In this document: in pieces, positions 1-10,261 of the stretch
Layout of the letters: each line of letters begins with the position of its first letter
How positions within the stretch are numbered: the stretch's first letter is position 1
Source: an uncultured delta proteobacterium
GTDB lineage: Bacteria > Myxococcota_A > Polyangia > Polyangiales > Polyangiaceae
Assembly (NCBI GenBank): GCA_963782055.1
Contig: CAWAIF010000003.1
Location: 4,384,001 to 4,448,000 of the forward strand
Length of the DNA: 64,000 bases
Direction: 5' to 3'
Made by a program: the position numbers and the translations under genes
Notes under the pieces: generated by a model
The model's database searches: none
Told to the model about the DNA's origin: nothing
The model's input: only the letters and a program-made list of their open reading frames with translations

Positions 1-419
1 AGCGCGACAGCCGCCGACCCCGCGAGCCCGTGCACCAGGCCGACCGCGAGCGAGCGAAGGCCGCGGCTCAGACCGCCCGCGCGCTCCGCGGCGTCCCGCG
101 CGGCGTGCGCGGCCGCGTCCAGCCGGCGGGTCGCGCCGGTGAGGTTGAGCGCCCCGAGCAGCACGAGCATCACCGCGACGGCCATCTCCAGCCCGAGCCC
201 GAGCCGTGGCGGGATGACCAGGCCGAGCACCACGATCGCCCCGCCCACGCCGAGGATGGTCACGGTGTGCCCCACGCCCCAGAGGCCGCCCAGCAGCGCG
301 GCGGACCGCACGCTGCGCTCGCGCGTCGCGAGCGTGGAGACGGCCACGACGTGGTCGGCGTCGGTCGCGTGGCGGACGCCGAGGAAGAGCCCCAGAAGGA
401 GCACGGACCATGCGGTCAT
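1..419 (-). CDS. High-affinity nickel/cobalt transporter (NicO/HoxN/UreH-like), 3' end outside window
   Basis: Own translation from ATG 419: MTAWSVLLLGLFLGVRHATDADHVVAVS...LWGVGHT; RHAxDxDH and GHT motifs of NiCoT/UreH-type transporters. Confidence 0.8.
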   Translation of the reverse strand, partial: MTAWSVLLLGLFLGVRHATDADHVVAVSTLATRERSVRSAALLGGLWGVGHTVTILGVGGAIVVLGLVIPPRLGLGLEMAVAVMLVLLGALNLTGATRRLDAAAHAARDAAERAGGLSRGLRSLAVGLVHGLAGSAAVA

Positions 420-488
420 CGACGCCGGGTGTAGCAGCTCGCGCGCCCCGTAGCACGTCCTTTCGGGATCGTGCTACGCGACGAGGCC

Positions 489-2279
489 TCACCCGTTGGC
501 CGCCCGCGGGGGGGCCGCGTAGAGCGTCGCCAGCCGATCGGCGTGCCGCGCGAGCACCTCCCGCCGCTTCAGCTTGAGCGTGGGCGTGAGCAGGCCGTTG
601 TCGACGCTGAAGTCCTCGGTGACCAGGATGAAGTCACGCGGGCGCTCGTAGTGCCGGAAGCCGGCGGCGTGCGCCTCCAGCTCCTCCGCCACGAGCTTCC
701 GCACGTTCGGGTCGCTGGCGAGGTCCGGGCCCAGGGTGATGCCTGTTGCCTCGGCCCAGTGGCGCACCGCCTCCGGGTCGACGACCACGACCGCCACGTT
801 GAAGGGCCGCCCCTCGCCGTGGACGAAGACGTTCGCCATGTAGGGGGAGAGCTTCAGCTCCTCCTCCAGCGGCGAGGGCATGACGTACTTGCCGTTCTGC
901 AGCTTGTACTGCTCCTTGATCCGACCGGTGACGAAGAGGTACCCGTCGTCGTCCACGTGGCCCAGATCGCCCGTACGCAGCCCGCCGTCGTCGGTGAAGG
1001 CGCGGGCGTTTTCCTCCGCGCGGCGGTGGTAGCCGAGCATCACGTTCGGGCCGTAGACGACGATCTCCCCCTCCCCCGGCTCGGTCCCCGCGCTGGTGTC
1101 GATGTCCACCAGCACGCCGGGCAGCACGCGACCCACGCTGCCGAGCTTGCGGTGTCCGGGGAAATTGACGGCGACGATGGGGCTCGTCTCGGTCAGGCCG
1201 TAGCCCTCGTAGACGGTGATCCCCAGGGCGTCGATGAACTCGGCCACCTCGCGACCGAGGGTGGCGCTCGCGCTGATGGCGTACTTGAGGCGCCCGCCGA
1301 ACTTCTCCCGGATCTTGCTGAAGACCGCCCTCTGGTCCAGCGCGAGGTCGATCCGCTCCACCGGCCCGAGCGACTCGCCGTGGGCGCGCTTGATCGCCCC
1401 GCGGATCCCCGTCCGGATGACCCGCTGCACGATGCCCGGGCGGTCGGAGATCTGCTGGTTCACCGAGTCGTAGATGCGGTTGAAGATGCGCGGCACCGCG
1501 AACAAGATCGTGGGCTTCACCTCGGCGAGGTTGGCGATGAGGTTCTTCAGGTCGTCGTTGATGGCGACCGAGCACCCCATGCTGATCATGCCGTGGACCT
1601 CGGCCGTCTGGCCGTAGGAGTGCGCCCACGGCAAGAAGGAGAGCGCCCGGTCCTCCGGATCGAAGGTGAAGACCGCGTGCACCGCGCTGATGTTGGACGC
1701 GATGTTGCCGTGACTGAGGAGCACGCCCTTCGGGAGCCCGGTGGTGCCGGACGTGTAGATGAACCCGGCGACGTCGCGCGGGTCGGGTGAGCGCGCAGGC
1801 ACGGGCGAGCGCGCACCGGCGGCGAGCAGCGCGGCGTACGAGGTGGGGTCGTCCGGCGGGCGCTCCAGCCCCACCACGTGCTGCAGCTCGGGCAGGTCGG
1901 GGAGCAGCGCGACGAGCTGGCGGTAGACCTCCTCGTCGGCGGCGATCACCACCTTGGCGCCGCAGTCGTGGAGAATGAAGCGCCACTCGCTCGGTCGCTG
2001 CGCCCGGTACATCGGCACGAAGGCAGCCTCCAGCCCGTACGTCGCGTAGGCCGCCACCGCCCACTCCACGCGGTTGTCCGAGACGATGGCGACGCGGTCC
2101 GCCCTCCCGACGCCGAGGCTCGCCAGCCCCCCGCGGAAGCGGTCGATCAGCGACAGCAGCTCGGCGTAGGTCGTCCAGCTCCACGCGCCTCCGCGCTTGG
2201 TGCCATAGAGATCGCGACCGCCGTAGCGCGCGCAGCTCTTCTGATAGAGGTCGACCAGGTTTCGAAACTGCTCCGCCAT
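489..2279 (-). CDS. fadD: Long-chain fatty acid-CoA ligase (AMP-binding)
   Basis: IYTSGTTGLPKG, YEGYGLTETSP and RTGDLG adenylate-forming motifs, 596 aa. Confidence 0.9.
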   Translation of the reverse strand: MAEQFRNLVDLYQKSCARYGGRDLYGTKRGGAWSWTTYAELLSLIDRFRGGLASLGVGRADRVAIVSDNRVEWAVAAYATYGLEAAFVPMYRAQRPSEWRFILHDCGAKVVIAADEEVYRQLVALLPDLPELQHVVGLERPPDDPTSYAALLAAGARSPVPARSPDPRDVAGFIYTSGTTGLPKGVLLSHGNIASNISAVHAVFTFDPEDRALSFLPWAHSYGQTAEVHGMISMGCSVAINDDLKNLIANLAEVKPTILFAVPRIFNRIYDSVNQQISDRPGIVQRVIRTGIRGAIKRAHGESLGPVERIDLALDQRAVFSKIREKFGGRLKYAISASATLGREVAEFIDALGITVYEGYGLTETSPIVAVNFPGHRKLGSVGRVLPGVLVDIDTSAGTEPGEGEIVVYGPNVMLGYHRRAEENARAFTDDGGLRTGDLGHVDDDGYLFVTGRIKEQYKLQNGKYVMPSPLEEELKLSPYMANVFVHGEGRPFNVAVVVVDPEAVRHWAEATGITLGPDLASDPNVRKLVAEELEAHAAGFRHYERPRDFILVTEDFSVDNGLLTPTLKLKRREVLARHADRLATLYAAPPRAANG

Positions 2280-2495
2280 CGCGCGCCTCCGGCTGTCGTT
2301 CGCAGGTAGACAAGCATCCGCCGTGCCCCGGCCCTCCGGCGGCGCGGTTCGGCCCCCCGCGCACCACCCGACCGACGCAAGCCGTGCGACCGCGCGAAGG
2401 TGGTGCAGGGCCGCACCGCCCGCCGGGAGCCCCCTCTGGAGCCCAGCATCGTGCCCATCGCCGCCCGGCCCGAAGTGCGGCTACACTGCAGCAGC

Positions 2496-3218
2496 ATGAA
2501 AGAATCCACGGTCTCCATCCCGACGCACGACGGCCCGATGGATCTCTTCGTCGCGCTCCCCGACGACGCGCACGCCCGCCCGGCGATGCTCGTCATGCAG
2601 GAGGCGTTCGGGGTAAACCCCCACATCAAGGACGTGTGCGCGCGCCTCGCGGGCGAGGGCTACGTCGCCATCGCGCCCGACCTCTTCCACCGCGCGGGCA
2701 AGGGTCTGGTCTTCGACTACGGCGACCTGGCGAAGGTCATGCCGGCGGTCTCCACCGTGACCAACGCCACCCTGGAGGCCGACGTGCTCGCGGCCCTCGC
2801 GCACGCCCGCAAGATGCCCGAGATCGCCCCGACGCGGGTGGGCGTCGTCGGCTTCTGCATGGGCGGCTTCACCGCATTCCTGGCCGCGTGCCGCACCGAC
2901 GTGCGCACGGCGGTGTGCTTCTACGGCGCCGGCCTCGTGCGGGCGCGGCCGAACATCGCGCTCTCGCCGCTCCTGCCGGAGACGCGCCACATCCGCGCCC
3001 CCATCCTGATGTTCTTCGGCGACGCCGACGCGAGCATTCCCCTCACCGACGTCGACGCGATCCGCGCCGAGCTCAAGGGGCAGGAGAAGGTCCACGAGAT
3101 CGTCGTGTACCCGAACGCCGGCCACGGCTTCTTCTGCGACAAGCGCGCCGCCTACCACGAGGAGTCGGCGCGCGACGCGTGGACGCGCACCCAGGCGTGG
3201 CTCAGGGCCCGGCTCTGA
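2496..3218 (+). CDS. Dienelactone hydrolase family protein
   Basis: QEAFGVN, GFCMGG nucleophile, YPNAGHGF. Confidence 0.9.
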   Translation: MKESTVSIPTHDGPMDLFVALPDDAHARPAMLVMQEAFGVNPHIKDVCARLAGEGYVAIAPDLFHRAGKGLVFDYGDLAKVMPAVSTVTNATLEADVLAALAHARKMPEIAPTRVGVVGFCMGGFTAFLAACRTDVRTAVCFYGAGLVRARPNIALSPLLPETRHIRAPILMFFGDADASIPLTDVDAIRAELKGQEKVHEIVVYPNAGHGFFCDKRAAYHEESARDAWTRTQAWLRARL

Positions 3219-3225
3219 TCGACGA

Positions 3226-3411
3226 TCAGGCCTTCAGCGTGCGCAGGCCGACGAGCCTGTAGAGCGGGCAGAACCCGACGATCCCGGTGACCAGCGGCAC
3301 CAGGCCGATCAGCCCGAGGTACGTCCTGGGTCCGACGAACACGAGCGCCAGCAGGCCGAGGCCGAGGACCACGCGCACGACGCGGTCGAGCATTCCTTCG
3401 TTCTTGAACAT
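3226..3411 (-). CDS. DUF2892 (YgaP-like) small membrane protein
   Basis: MFKNEGMLDRVVRVVLG...GFCPLY signature. Confidence 0.85.
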   Translation of the reverse strand: MFKNEGMLDRVVRVVLGLGLLALVFVGPRTYLGLIGLVPLVTGIVGFCPLYRLVGLRTLKA

Positions 3412-3491
3412 GGCATCACCCTCCAGGCGGCGCGGCGACGCGCGTCGCGATCGCAGGTGAGAGCCGTCCGCCGGGCGGAGGGGTTCGGACC

Positions 3492-4292
3492 TCAGGAGCC
3501 GACGTTGCTCGGCCGCGCCGCCCACACCTTCAGCGCGGCCTTCACGCGGGCCTGCACCACCGGGCTCACCGACTCGCTCGACGCGCGGCGGCACATGGCC
3601 AGCGCGCGCTTGAGCGCCTCGCACCGGATGTCGCACGCCGGGCAGCTCGCCAGGTGATCCTCCATGCTCGCGCAGTCGGCCGCGCTGAGGTCACCCTCCA
3701 GCTTGCGCGAGAGCAGGGCCATCACGTCGGGGCAGGCGGGCGTCAGCGGCGGCGCGTCCTGGTCCAGGATGGGGGCGAGCGCGCGGCGCAGCGACTCGCG
3801 CGCGCGGTGCAGCCGGCTCTTGAGCGCATCCACCGAGATGCCCAGCGCCTCCGCCGCCTCCGGCGCGGTGAGGCCCTCGACGTCGCGCAGCACGATGACC
3901 TCGCGGTGCTCGTCGGACAGGCCGTCCAGCGCGCGCGCGAGCTCCAGCTCCAGCTCCCGCCGGGCGGCGCCCTCCTCCGGCGAGGGCGCCTCGTCCTGGG
4001 GCTCGGGCGCCTCGTCGTCGTGGGCCATGGGCTGGTTCTTCAGCCCGCGGCGCCGGCGCGCGCAGGCGCTGCGCGTCAGGGCGAACACCCAGCTGGAGAG
4101 CGAGGAGCGTCCCTCGAAATCCCCGAGGTGCTGCGCGATGGCGAGCAGCGTGTCCTGCAGCACGTCCTCGGCGTCGGGTGCGCTCTTGCACATACGCATC
4201 CCGAACCGGTAGACGGACGGCGCCACGCTCTGCAACAGCTCCTGCAAAGCCTCGGCGTCGCCCTGGCGGGCGCGATCGATCAGCGGGTCCAT
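3492..4292 (-). CDS. ECF sigma-70 factor fused to a C-terminal zinc-finger anti-sigma-like domain
   Basis: DAEDVLQDT, region 4 (EAAEALGISVDALKSRLHRAR), C-terminal HLASCPAC (HxxxCxxC). Confidence 0.85.
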   Translation of the reverse strand: MDPLIDRARQGDAEALQELLQSVAPSVYRFGMRMCKSAPDAEDVLQDTLLAIAQHLGDFEGRSSLSSWVFALTRSACARRRRGLKNQPMAHDDEAPEPQDEAPSPEEGAARRELELELARALDGLSDEHREVIVLRDVEGLTAPEAAEALGISVDALKSRLHRARESLRRALAPILDQDAPPLTPACPDVMALLSRKLEGDLSAADCASMEDHLASCPACDIRCEALKRALAMCRRASSESVSPVVQARVKAALKVWAARPSNVGS

Positions 4293-4381
4293 GAGCGTTT
4301 CTTGCACTTGCTTGCAGAAAGAAGCAACCGTGCGCACCCTTCTCGTGGCCGCCCGGCTCTTCCTCGATTACAGAGATAGCC

Positions 4382-4786
4382 ATGAATCCGACCCCCGCCA
4401 ACGCCCGCCGCGCCAACTGGAAGGAGCTCGGCCTGAGCTTCGACGCGGCGCTGGAGAAGCTGCCCGAGGCCCTGAAGAAGGAGGGCTTCGGCGTCATCAC
4501 GCAGGTCGACATGAAGGCGACGCTCAAGGAGAAGCTGGGCGTCGACTTCAGGCGTTACCGCATCATCGGCGCGTGCAACCCCAAGTTCGCGCACGAGGCG
4601 GTGACGGCCGATCCGCAGGTGGGCATCCTGCTCCCGTGCAACGTGGTGCTCTACGAGCGAGACGACGGCAAGACCATGCTCGGCATCATCGATCCCGTCG
4701 AGCAGCTCGGCGGCGACGGCGGGGACATGGCGAACGTGGCGCGCGCTGTGCGCGACAGGCTCGCCAACGTCCTCGCCGCCATGTGA
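4382..4786 (+). CDS. DUF302 domain protein
   Basis: EGFGVITQVD, GACNP, LLPCNVV. Confidence 0.85.
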   Translation: MNPTPANARRANWKELGLSFDAALEKLPEALKKEGFGVITQVDMKATLKEKLGVDFRRYRIIGACNPKFAHEAVTADPQVGILLPCNVVLYERDDGKTMLGIIDPVEQLGGDGGDMANVARAVRDRLANVLAAM

Positions 4787-4805
4787 GGAGCGCGGAGCGC
4801 GGGCG

Positions 4806-5327
4806 TCAGCCCTTGATGGCTTCCACCTCCAGCTCGATGTCGATGCGGTCGCCGACGAGCACGCCGCCGGTCTCCAGCGCCTGATTCCACGTCAGACCGA
4901 AGTCCTTGCGGTCGACCTGCGCCTTGGCGGAGAAGCCGGCGCGCTCGTTGCCCCAGGGGTCCTTCCCGGTGCCCGTCCGCTCGCCGTGCAGCACGACCTC
5001 GCGCGTCGCGCCGTGCATCGTCAGCTCGCCGGTCACCTTGAACGCGTCCGCCGTGCCCTCCACCTTCTTGCTGCGGAAGGTGAGCTTCGGAAACTTCTCG
5101 ACGTCGAAGAAGTCCGCGGAGCGCAGGTGGCCGTCGCGCTTCTCGTCGCGCGTCTCGATGCTCGCCGCCTCGATGTCGACCGAGACGGTGGACTTCTCGA
5201 AGGGCTCCTCCAGCACCAGCGCGCCGGAGAACTTGGTGAACGTCCCGCGCACCTTCGCGAAGACCATGTGCCGGACGGTGAAGTGAACCCCCGAGTGTGA
5301 CGTGTCGATCTTCCAGGTCGTTGCCAT
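4806..5327 (-). CDS. YceI family lipid/polyisoprenoid-binding protein
   Basis: WKIDTSHS, RDGHLRSADFFD, DRKDFGLTWN. Confidence 0.9.
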   Translation of the reverse strand: MATTWKIDTSHSGVHFTVRHMVFAKVRGTFTKFSGALVLEEPFEKSTVSVDIEAASIETRDEKRDGHLRSADFFDVEKFPKLTFRSKKVEGTADAFKVTGELTMHGATREVVLHGERTGTGKDPWGNERAGFSAKAQVDRKDFGLTWNQALETGGVLVGDRIDIELEVEAIKG

Positions 5328-5591
5328 GTTTTCGTTTGCCTCCGGGCGACAACCTAGCCACGAGCTCCATCTTTGAAATCGGCAAACGGTGGATGGTGTC
5401 CATCGATCCGATCGATGGCGTGCGGGCCCGCCGTTCGCGCCGGCCCCGCGGTGCTACGCCCCGTGCGGGACACGACGCCGCACGCGCACACGTCGCGCCC
5501 GGATGCGCACTTATCGCAGGGCCGCGAGGGGCCCACGCCGCAACTCGCGGCACTTTCCCCTGCGGTACGCATGTTGCGATGGCCCCTGCGC

Positions 5592-5993
5592 ATGACGCGC
5601 ATTCTGGTGGTGGACCGGGAGCGCTCGACCCTCAGAGCCTTCCAGGCGCTGCTCGGCCAGGACGGCCACGAGGCCGAGACGTGCCATCACCACGGTGACG
5701 CTCTGGAGCGCCTCGGACGCGGGAGCAGCTACGCCGCGGTGATCGTGGACGCCGGCCACTACCCGTACGACGGCGTCCAGCTGGTCCGCGCGGCGCGCCG
5801 CGCCCCCGGGGCCCCCTGTGTCTTTCTGATGTGCGCCAGCGAGCCCAGCGCGCGGATGCGGCTCGCGGCGCCCTGCCTGGTCCTGCAGAAGCCGGTGGAC
5901 TATTCGCTCGTCCACGCGGCCATCACCTCCTGCCGCTCGTGCGGGCATTGCCGCCGCCACGGCGCCTGTCACGCCAGCGGCCATCACGAGTGA
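5592..5993 (+). CDS. Single-domain response regulator receiver
   Basis: RILVVD...IVD...LQKPVD receiver pattern. Confidence 0.6.
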   Translation: MTRILVVDRERSTLRAFQALLGQDGHEAETCHHHGDALERLGRGSSYAAVIVDAGHYPYDGVQLVRAARRAPGAPCVFLMCASEPSARMRLAAPCLVLQKPVDYSLVHAAITSCRSCGHCRRHGACHASGHHE

Positions 5994-6071
5994 GCCCGCC
6001 CGCGCCGGGCGCCGCGCGGATCCGGGCGGCGCTCCCCCGATTCGTACGGTCGGGCCTTGACGGCCGCATGC

Positions 6072-6089
6072 GGAATGAATATTCATTCC
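6072..6089. promoter_or_regulatory. Putative TetR operator 1
   Basis: Perfect palindrome GGAATGAATATTCATTCC just upstream of the tetR ATG. Confidence 0.75.
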
Positions 6090-6093
6090 TCCC

Positions 6094-6666
6094 ATGACGG
6101 TGGAGGACAAGCGGGAGGCCATCCTCTCGGCGGCCCTGGAGCTCTTCGCGGAGCGGGGCTTCCACGGCACCGCGGTGCCCGCCATCGCCGAGCAGGCCGG
6201 CGTGGGCGCGGGGACGATCTACCGCCACTTCGAGAGCAAGGAGGCCATCGTCAACGCCCTGTATCAGCGCCACAAGGCGGCGATGGTCGCGTCCATCCTG
6301 GACGACTTCCCCTTCGCGGCGCCCACGCGCGAGCAGCTCCACCACTTCGTCACGGGGGTGCTCGCCTTCGCGCGCAAGCACCCCACCGCCTTCAAGTTCC
6401 TCGAGCTCCACCACCATGCCCCCTACCTGGACGCCAAGAGCCGGGACGCGGAGATGCAGGTGATGACCCTCGCCAACCGGTTCTTCGAGCAGAACGAGCG
6501 CGGCCGCGTCATCCGGCGCGCGCCGCCGGGGGTGCTGGGCGCCCTGGTGTGGGGCGCGGTCGTGGGCCTCGTCCGCGCCGCGTGGGAGGGCCGCGCCAAT
6601 CTGTCGGCCAAGAGCGAGAAGGCCTTCGAAGAAGCCCTCTGGGACGCCATCCGGCGCCCCGATTGA
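6094..6666 (+). CDS. TetR/AcrR family regulator
   Basis: N-terminal HTH (FAERGFHGT...IAEQAGVGAGTIYRHFESKE). Confidence 0.92.
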   Translation: MTVEDKREAILSAALELFAERGFHGTAVPAIAEQAGVGAGTIYRHFESKEAIVNALYQRHKAAMVASILDDFPFAAPTREQLHHFVTGVLAFARKHPTAFKFLELHHHAPYLDAKSRDAEMQVMTLANRFFEQNERGRVIRRAPPGVLGALVWGAVVGLVRAAWEGRANLSAKSEKAFEEALWDAIRRPD

Positions 6667-6686
6667 AGCGACCCTGTGTCCAAAAT

Positions 6687-6704
6687 GGAATGAACGTTCA
6701 TTCC
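6687..6704. promoter_or_regulatory. Putative TetR operator 2
   Basis: Perfect palindrome GGAATGAACGTTCATTCC upstream of the SDR gene; differs from operator 1 only at the 2 central bases. Confidence 0.75.
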
Positions 6705-6731
6705 TCTTATCCCCAAGGAGACCTGCCTGCC

Positions 6732-7619
6732 ATGAAGAAGCTGACCATCCTCGTCACCGGCGCGACCGCCGGCATCGGCCGTCACACCGCCCTCGCCCTC
6801 GCCCGGCGCGGCCACCGCGTCTTCGCGACGGGCCGCCGGCAGCACGCGCTCGATGCCCTGGCGAAGGAAGCGGCGGGGCTGGAGCTGGAGACGCTGACGC
6901 TCGACGTGACGAAGGCCGAGTCCATCGCCGCCGGGAAGGCCGCCATCGACGCGGCGACGGGCGGGTACGGCGTGGACGCGGTCGTGAACAACGCGGGCTA
7001 CGGGCTGCTCGGCCCGCTGGAGGAGCTGGACGACGCCGCGCTGCACGCGCAGTTCGAGACCAACGTCTTCGGGCTGATGGCGGTGACGCGCGCCTTCGTC
7101 CCGGCGATGCGCGCGCGCGGGTTCGGCCGCGTGGTCAACGTGAGCAGCATCGGCGGGCGCGTCGTCTTCCCGATGATGGGCGCGTACAACGCCACCAAGT
7201 TCGCGGTGGAGGCGCTGAGCGACGCGCTTCGCCTCGAGCTCGGGCCGTTCGGCGTCGGCGTGTCGCTCATCGAGCCCGGGATGATCCAGACCGAGTTCAC
7301 CGACGTCGCGCTGGGCGGGCTGGAGGTGCCGGAGGGCTCGCCGTACGCGCCCGTCGTCGCCGACTCCGAGCGGATGCGCAAGGCCTTCGAGGCGACGGGC
7401 GTGGGCCCGGAGCACGTGGCGCGCGCCATCCGCAAGGCGCTGGAGTCGCGGCGGCCGGCGGCGCGCTACGTGGCGCCGTGGCGGAGCTACCTCGGCATCT
7501 ACGCCTTCCGGCTGCTGCCGACGTCGTGGATGGACGCCATCCTGCGCGCCGCCACCGGCCTCACGCGACGCAAGCTCGCGCGGGGCGGGGCGGCCCGCGC
7601 CCTCCCCGCGGGCGCCTGA
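6732..7619 (+). CDS. Short-chain dehydrogenase/reductase
   Basis: TGATAGIG, NNAG, YNATK (YxxxK). Confidence 0.92.
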   Translation: MKKLTILVTGATAGIGRHTALALARRGHRVFATGRRQHALDALAKEAAGLELETLTLDVTKAESIAAGKAAIDAATGGYGVDAVVNNAGYGLLGPLEELDDAALHAQFETNVFGLMAVTRAFVPAMRARGFGRVVNVSSIGGRVVFPMMGAYNATKFAVEALSDALRLELGPFGVGVSLIEPGMIQTEFTDVALGGLEVPEGSPYAPVVADSERMRKAFEATGVGPEHVARAIRKALESRRPAARYVAPWRSYLGIYAFRLLPTSWMDAILRAATGLTRRKLARGGAARALPAGA

Positions 7620-7669
7620 CCCTGCCGACGAGCTTTGCTCTGCTGTGACGCGAGGCTATCCTCGCGGCC

Positions 7670-9862
7670 GTGTTCAACCACTGGTTCCCCGATTACTTCC
7701 CGATCCGGGACCCGGTGCTCATCTTCGCGATCGTCCTGATCCTCTTTCTGGGGTCGCCCATCGCGATGGCGCGCTTCCGCCTGCCCGGGATGATCGGCCT
7801 GCTGCTCGCGGGCGCCATCCTGGGCCCGCACGCGCTGGGCATCCTGGCGCGCGACGCCTCCTTCGTGCTGCTCGGCGCGGTGGGGCTCATCTACATCATG
7901 TTCACCGCGGCGCTGGAGGTGGACCTCTCCGCCTTCCGCAAGCACGGGGTGCAGAGCGTCATCTTCGGCATCCTCACGTACATGCTGCCGCAGGGCCTGG
8001 GCACGCTCATGGCCCACTACCTGCTCGGCTTCAAGTGGCCGCCGGCGATCCTGCTCGCCAGCATGTTCGCGTCGCACACGCTGCTCGGCTACCCCATCGT
8101 GAGCCGCCTCGGGCTTTCGTCGAACAAGGCGGTGACGGCGACGGTCGGCGGCACCATGATCACCGACACCGCCGCGCTGCTCACCCTGGCGGTGATCGCC
8201 GGCATGTCCACCGGCGAGGTGAACGAGGCGTTCTGGTGGCGGCTGGGCGTCTCCCTCACCCTCTTCGTCGCCGCCATCCTCATCGGCCTGCCCATGCTCG
8301 GGCGCCGCTTCTTCCGGCGCTTCGCCGAGGACGGGCCGGGCCAGTTTGTCTTCGTGCTCACCTCGGTGTTCCTGTGCGCGGCGCTCTCGCACGTGGCGGG
8401 CCTGGAGCCCATCGTCGGGGCGTTCCTCGCCGGGCTCGCCCTCAACCGCCTCATCCCGCACCAGAGCCCGCTGATGAACCGCCTCACCTTCACCGGCGAG
8501 GCCATCTTCATCCCCTTCTTCCTGCTCTCCGTCGGCATGCTGCTCGACGCGCGCGTGCTCTTCGGCGGGCTGGAGACGTGGGCGGTCGCCATCGGCATGA
8601 CGGTGACGGCGGTGGTGGCGAAGTACCTGGCCGCGAGCACGGCGCGCGTGCTCTTCCGCTTCCGCAAGGAGGAGGGCCGCGTGATGTTCGGCCTGAGCGT
8701 GGTGCAGGCCGCGGCGACGCTCGCGTCGGTCATGGTGGGCAACCGCATCGGGCTCTTCGACGACGCGGTGGTCAACGGCACCATCATCATGATCCTCATC
8801 ACCTGCATCCTGGGGCCGGCGATCGTGTCCAAGTACGCGCCGGCGATGGCGGAGGCGGAGGCCCGGGAGAAGAAGGACCCCGCGGCGGCGCGCGGCGTGC
8901 TGGTGCCGCTCATGGCCGCCGACCAGGCCGAGGCGGCGATGGAGCTCGCCCTGCTGCTGCGAGGCGACGACAAGAAGGAGCCGCTCTACCCGGCCTTCGT
9001 CGCGGCGGAGGGCGGCGACGTGGCCGGGGCGATGGCCGCCGCCGACAAGATCCTCGCGCCGGCGGTGGCGCAGGCGAGCGCGGCGGATTGCCCGGTGGTG
9101 CCGGTCAAGCGGGTGCACAACGACCCGGGCCGCACGCTCGTGCGCACGCGCAAGGAGCTGGGGGTCAAGCACGTGGTCGTGCCGTGGGACGCCGCGCCGA
9201 GCAAGGGCGCGCCGGTCCCGGGGAGCTCCACCGCGCCGCCGCCCTCGGTCGCGCCGGCGGGTGGGGGGCAAGGCGAGCGGGTGCGCATGGGCCACGTCGT
9301 CGACGAGCTCACCGCCGACGCCGGGGTGAACCTCTTTCTCGGCCGGCTGCCCCACCCGCTCGGGACGTGCAGCCGGGTGGTGCTGCTGGTGCCCCCGCAC
9401 GCGGTCTCCGGCGAGGGCTTCCGGGGCGGGGCGGAGACGCTGGCGCACCTGTGCAAGGCCCTCGGCGCGTCGCTGGTGGTGATCGGCCCCGACCAGGACG
9501 CCGCGCTGCTCAAGGAGGCGCTCGGCCACGGCGGCGACCTTCGCCTGGAGCTGGTGCCGTACGCGAGCTCCCGCGCGTGGCTGCCGCTGATGACCGACCA
9601 CGTCCGGCCCGCCGACCTCGTCGTGCTTTACGGCGTGCGCGAGCAGGAGCCCGCCTTCTCGGCGGAGTACCGCGACTTCGCGCTGCGCGTCTTCTTCCGC
9701 TACCCGGACAACAATCTCATCGTCTTCTACCCGGTGGCGCCCTCGGCGGCGGCGGCGGCGGCGCTCGCCCCGGCGGCCGTGCCCGAGCCGGCGCCCGTCA
9801 CGCAGCCCATGCCGCAGCGGACGGTGGTGATGCGCCCGACCGGACCGAAGCAGGGCTCCTGA
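7670..9862 (+). CDS. Cation:proton antiporter (CPA2) with soluble C-terminal extension
   Basis: Multiple TM helices, ILGPHALG, GAFLAGL, IPFFLLSVG. Confidence 0.85.
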   Translation: MFNHWFPDYFPIRDPVLIFAIVLILFLGSPIAMARFRLPGMIGLLLAGAILGPHALGILARDASFVLLGAVGLIYIMFTAALEVDLSAFRKHGVQSVIFGILTYMLPQGLGTLMAHYLLGFKWPPAILLASMFASHTLLGYPIVSRLGLSSNKAVTATVGGTMITDTAALLTLAVIAGMSTGEVNEAFWWRLGVSLTLFVAAILIGLPMLGRRFFRRFAEDGPGQFVFVLTSVFLCAALSHVAGLEPIVGAFLAGLALNRLIPHQSPLMNRLTFTGEAIFIPFFLLSVGMLLDARVLFGGLETWAVAIGMTVTAVVAKYLAASTARVLFRFRKEEGRVMFGLSVVQAAATLASVMVGNRIGLFDDAVVNGTIIMILITCILGPAIVSKYAPAMAEAEAREKKDPAAARGVLVPLMAADQAEAAMELALLLRGDDKKEPLYPAFVAAEGGDVAGAMAAADKILAPAVAQASAADCPVVPVKRVHNDPGRTLVRTRKELGVKHVVVPWDAAPSKGAPVPGSSTAPPPSVAPAGGGQGERVRMGHVVDELTADAGVNLFLGRLPHPLGTCSRVVLLVPPHAVSGEGFRGGAETLAHLCKALGASLVVIGPDQDAALLKEALGHGGDLRLELVPYASSRAWLPLMTDHVRPADLVVLYGVREQEPAFSAEYRDFALRVFFRYPDNNLIVFYPVAPSAAAAAALAPAAVPEPAPVTQPMPQRTVVMRPTGPKQGS

Positions 9863-9865
9863 CGC

Positions 9866-10261
9866 TCAGCCCTTCCCCAGCAACACCGCGGCCGTGAGCA
9901 CGACGACGACGGCGAGCGCGACGCCGACGAACTTCCAGTCGCGCTCGCGCGACCAGATGCCGACCAGCGCGACGACGCGGACCATGGGCGTGAGGCCGAG
10001 CACGGCGACGCCCAGCGCGGTGAGCAGGAGGCCGGTGTCGTGCTGCGAGAAGATGGCGAAGAGGGGCACGGCCGGCGCCTGCGCCTGGCCGGAGATCAGG
10101 TGGAGCAGGACGCCCGCGGCCATCAGCACGCTGGCGACGAGAAGCCCGCCGCGCAGGATCATCTGCACGATGCGGTGCTCGCCCCTGGACGACGACTCGG
10201 CCGCGGCCTCCTGCGGCGTCTCCGCTTCCTCCGGTGTCTCGCTCCCGGTCATCGCATCCAC
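9866..10261 (-). CDS. DUF1634 membrane protein
   Basis: LTPMVRVV...ERDWKF; downstream of a TauE gene. Confidence 0.75.
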   Translation of the reverse strand: MDAMTGSETPEEAETPQEAAAESSSRGEHRIVQMILRGGLLVASVLMAAGVLLHLISGQAQAPAVPLFAIFSQHDTGLLLTALGVAVLGLTPMVRVVALVGIWSRERDWKFVGVALAVVVVLTAAVLLGKG

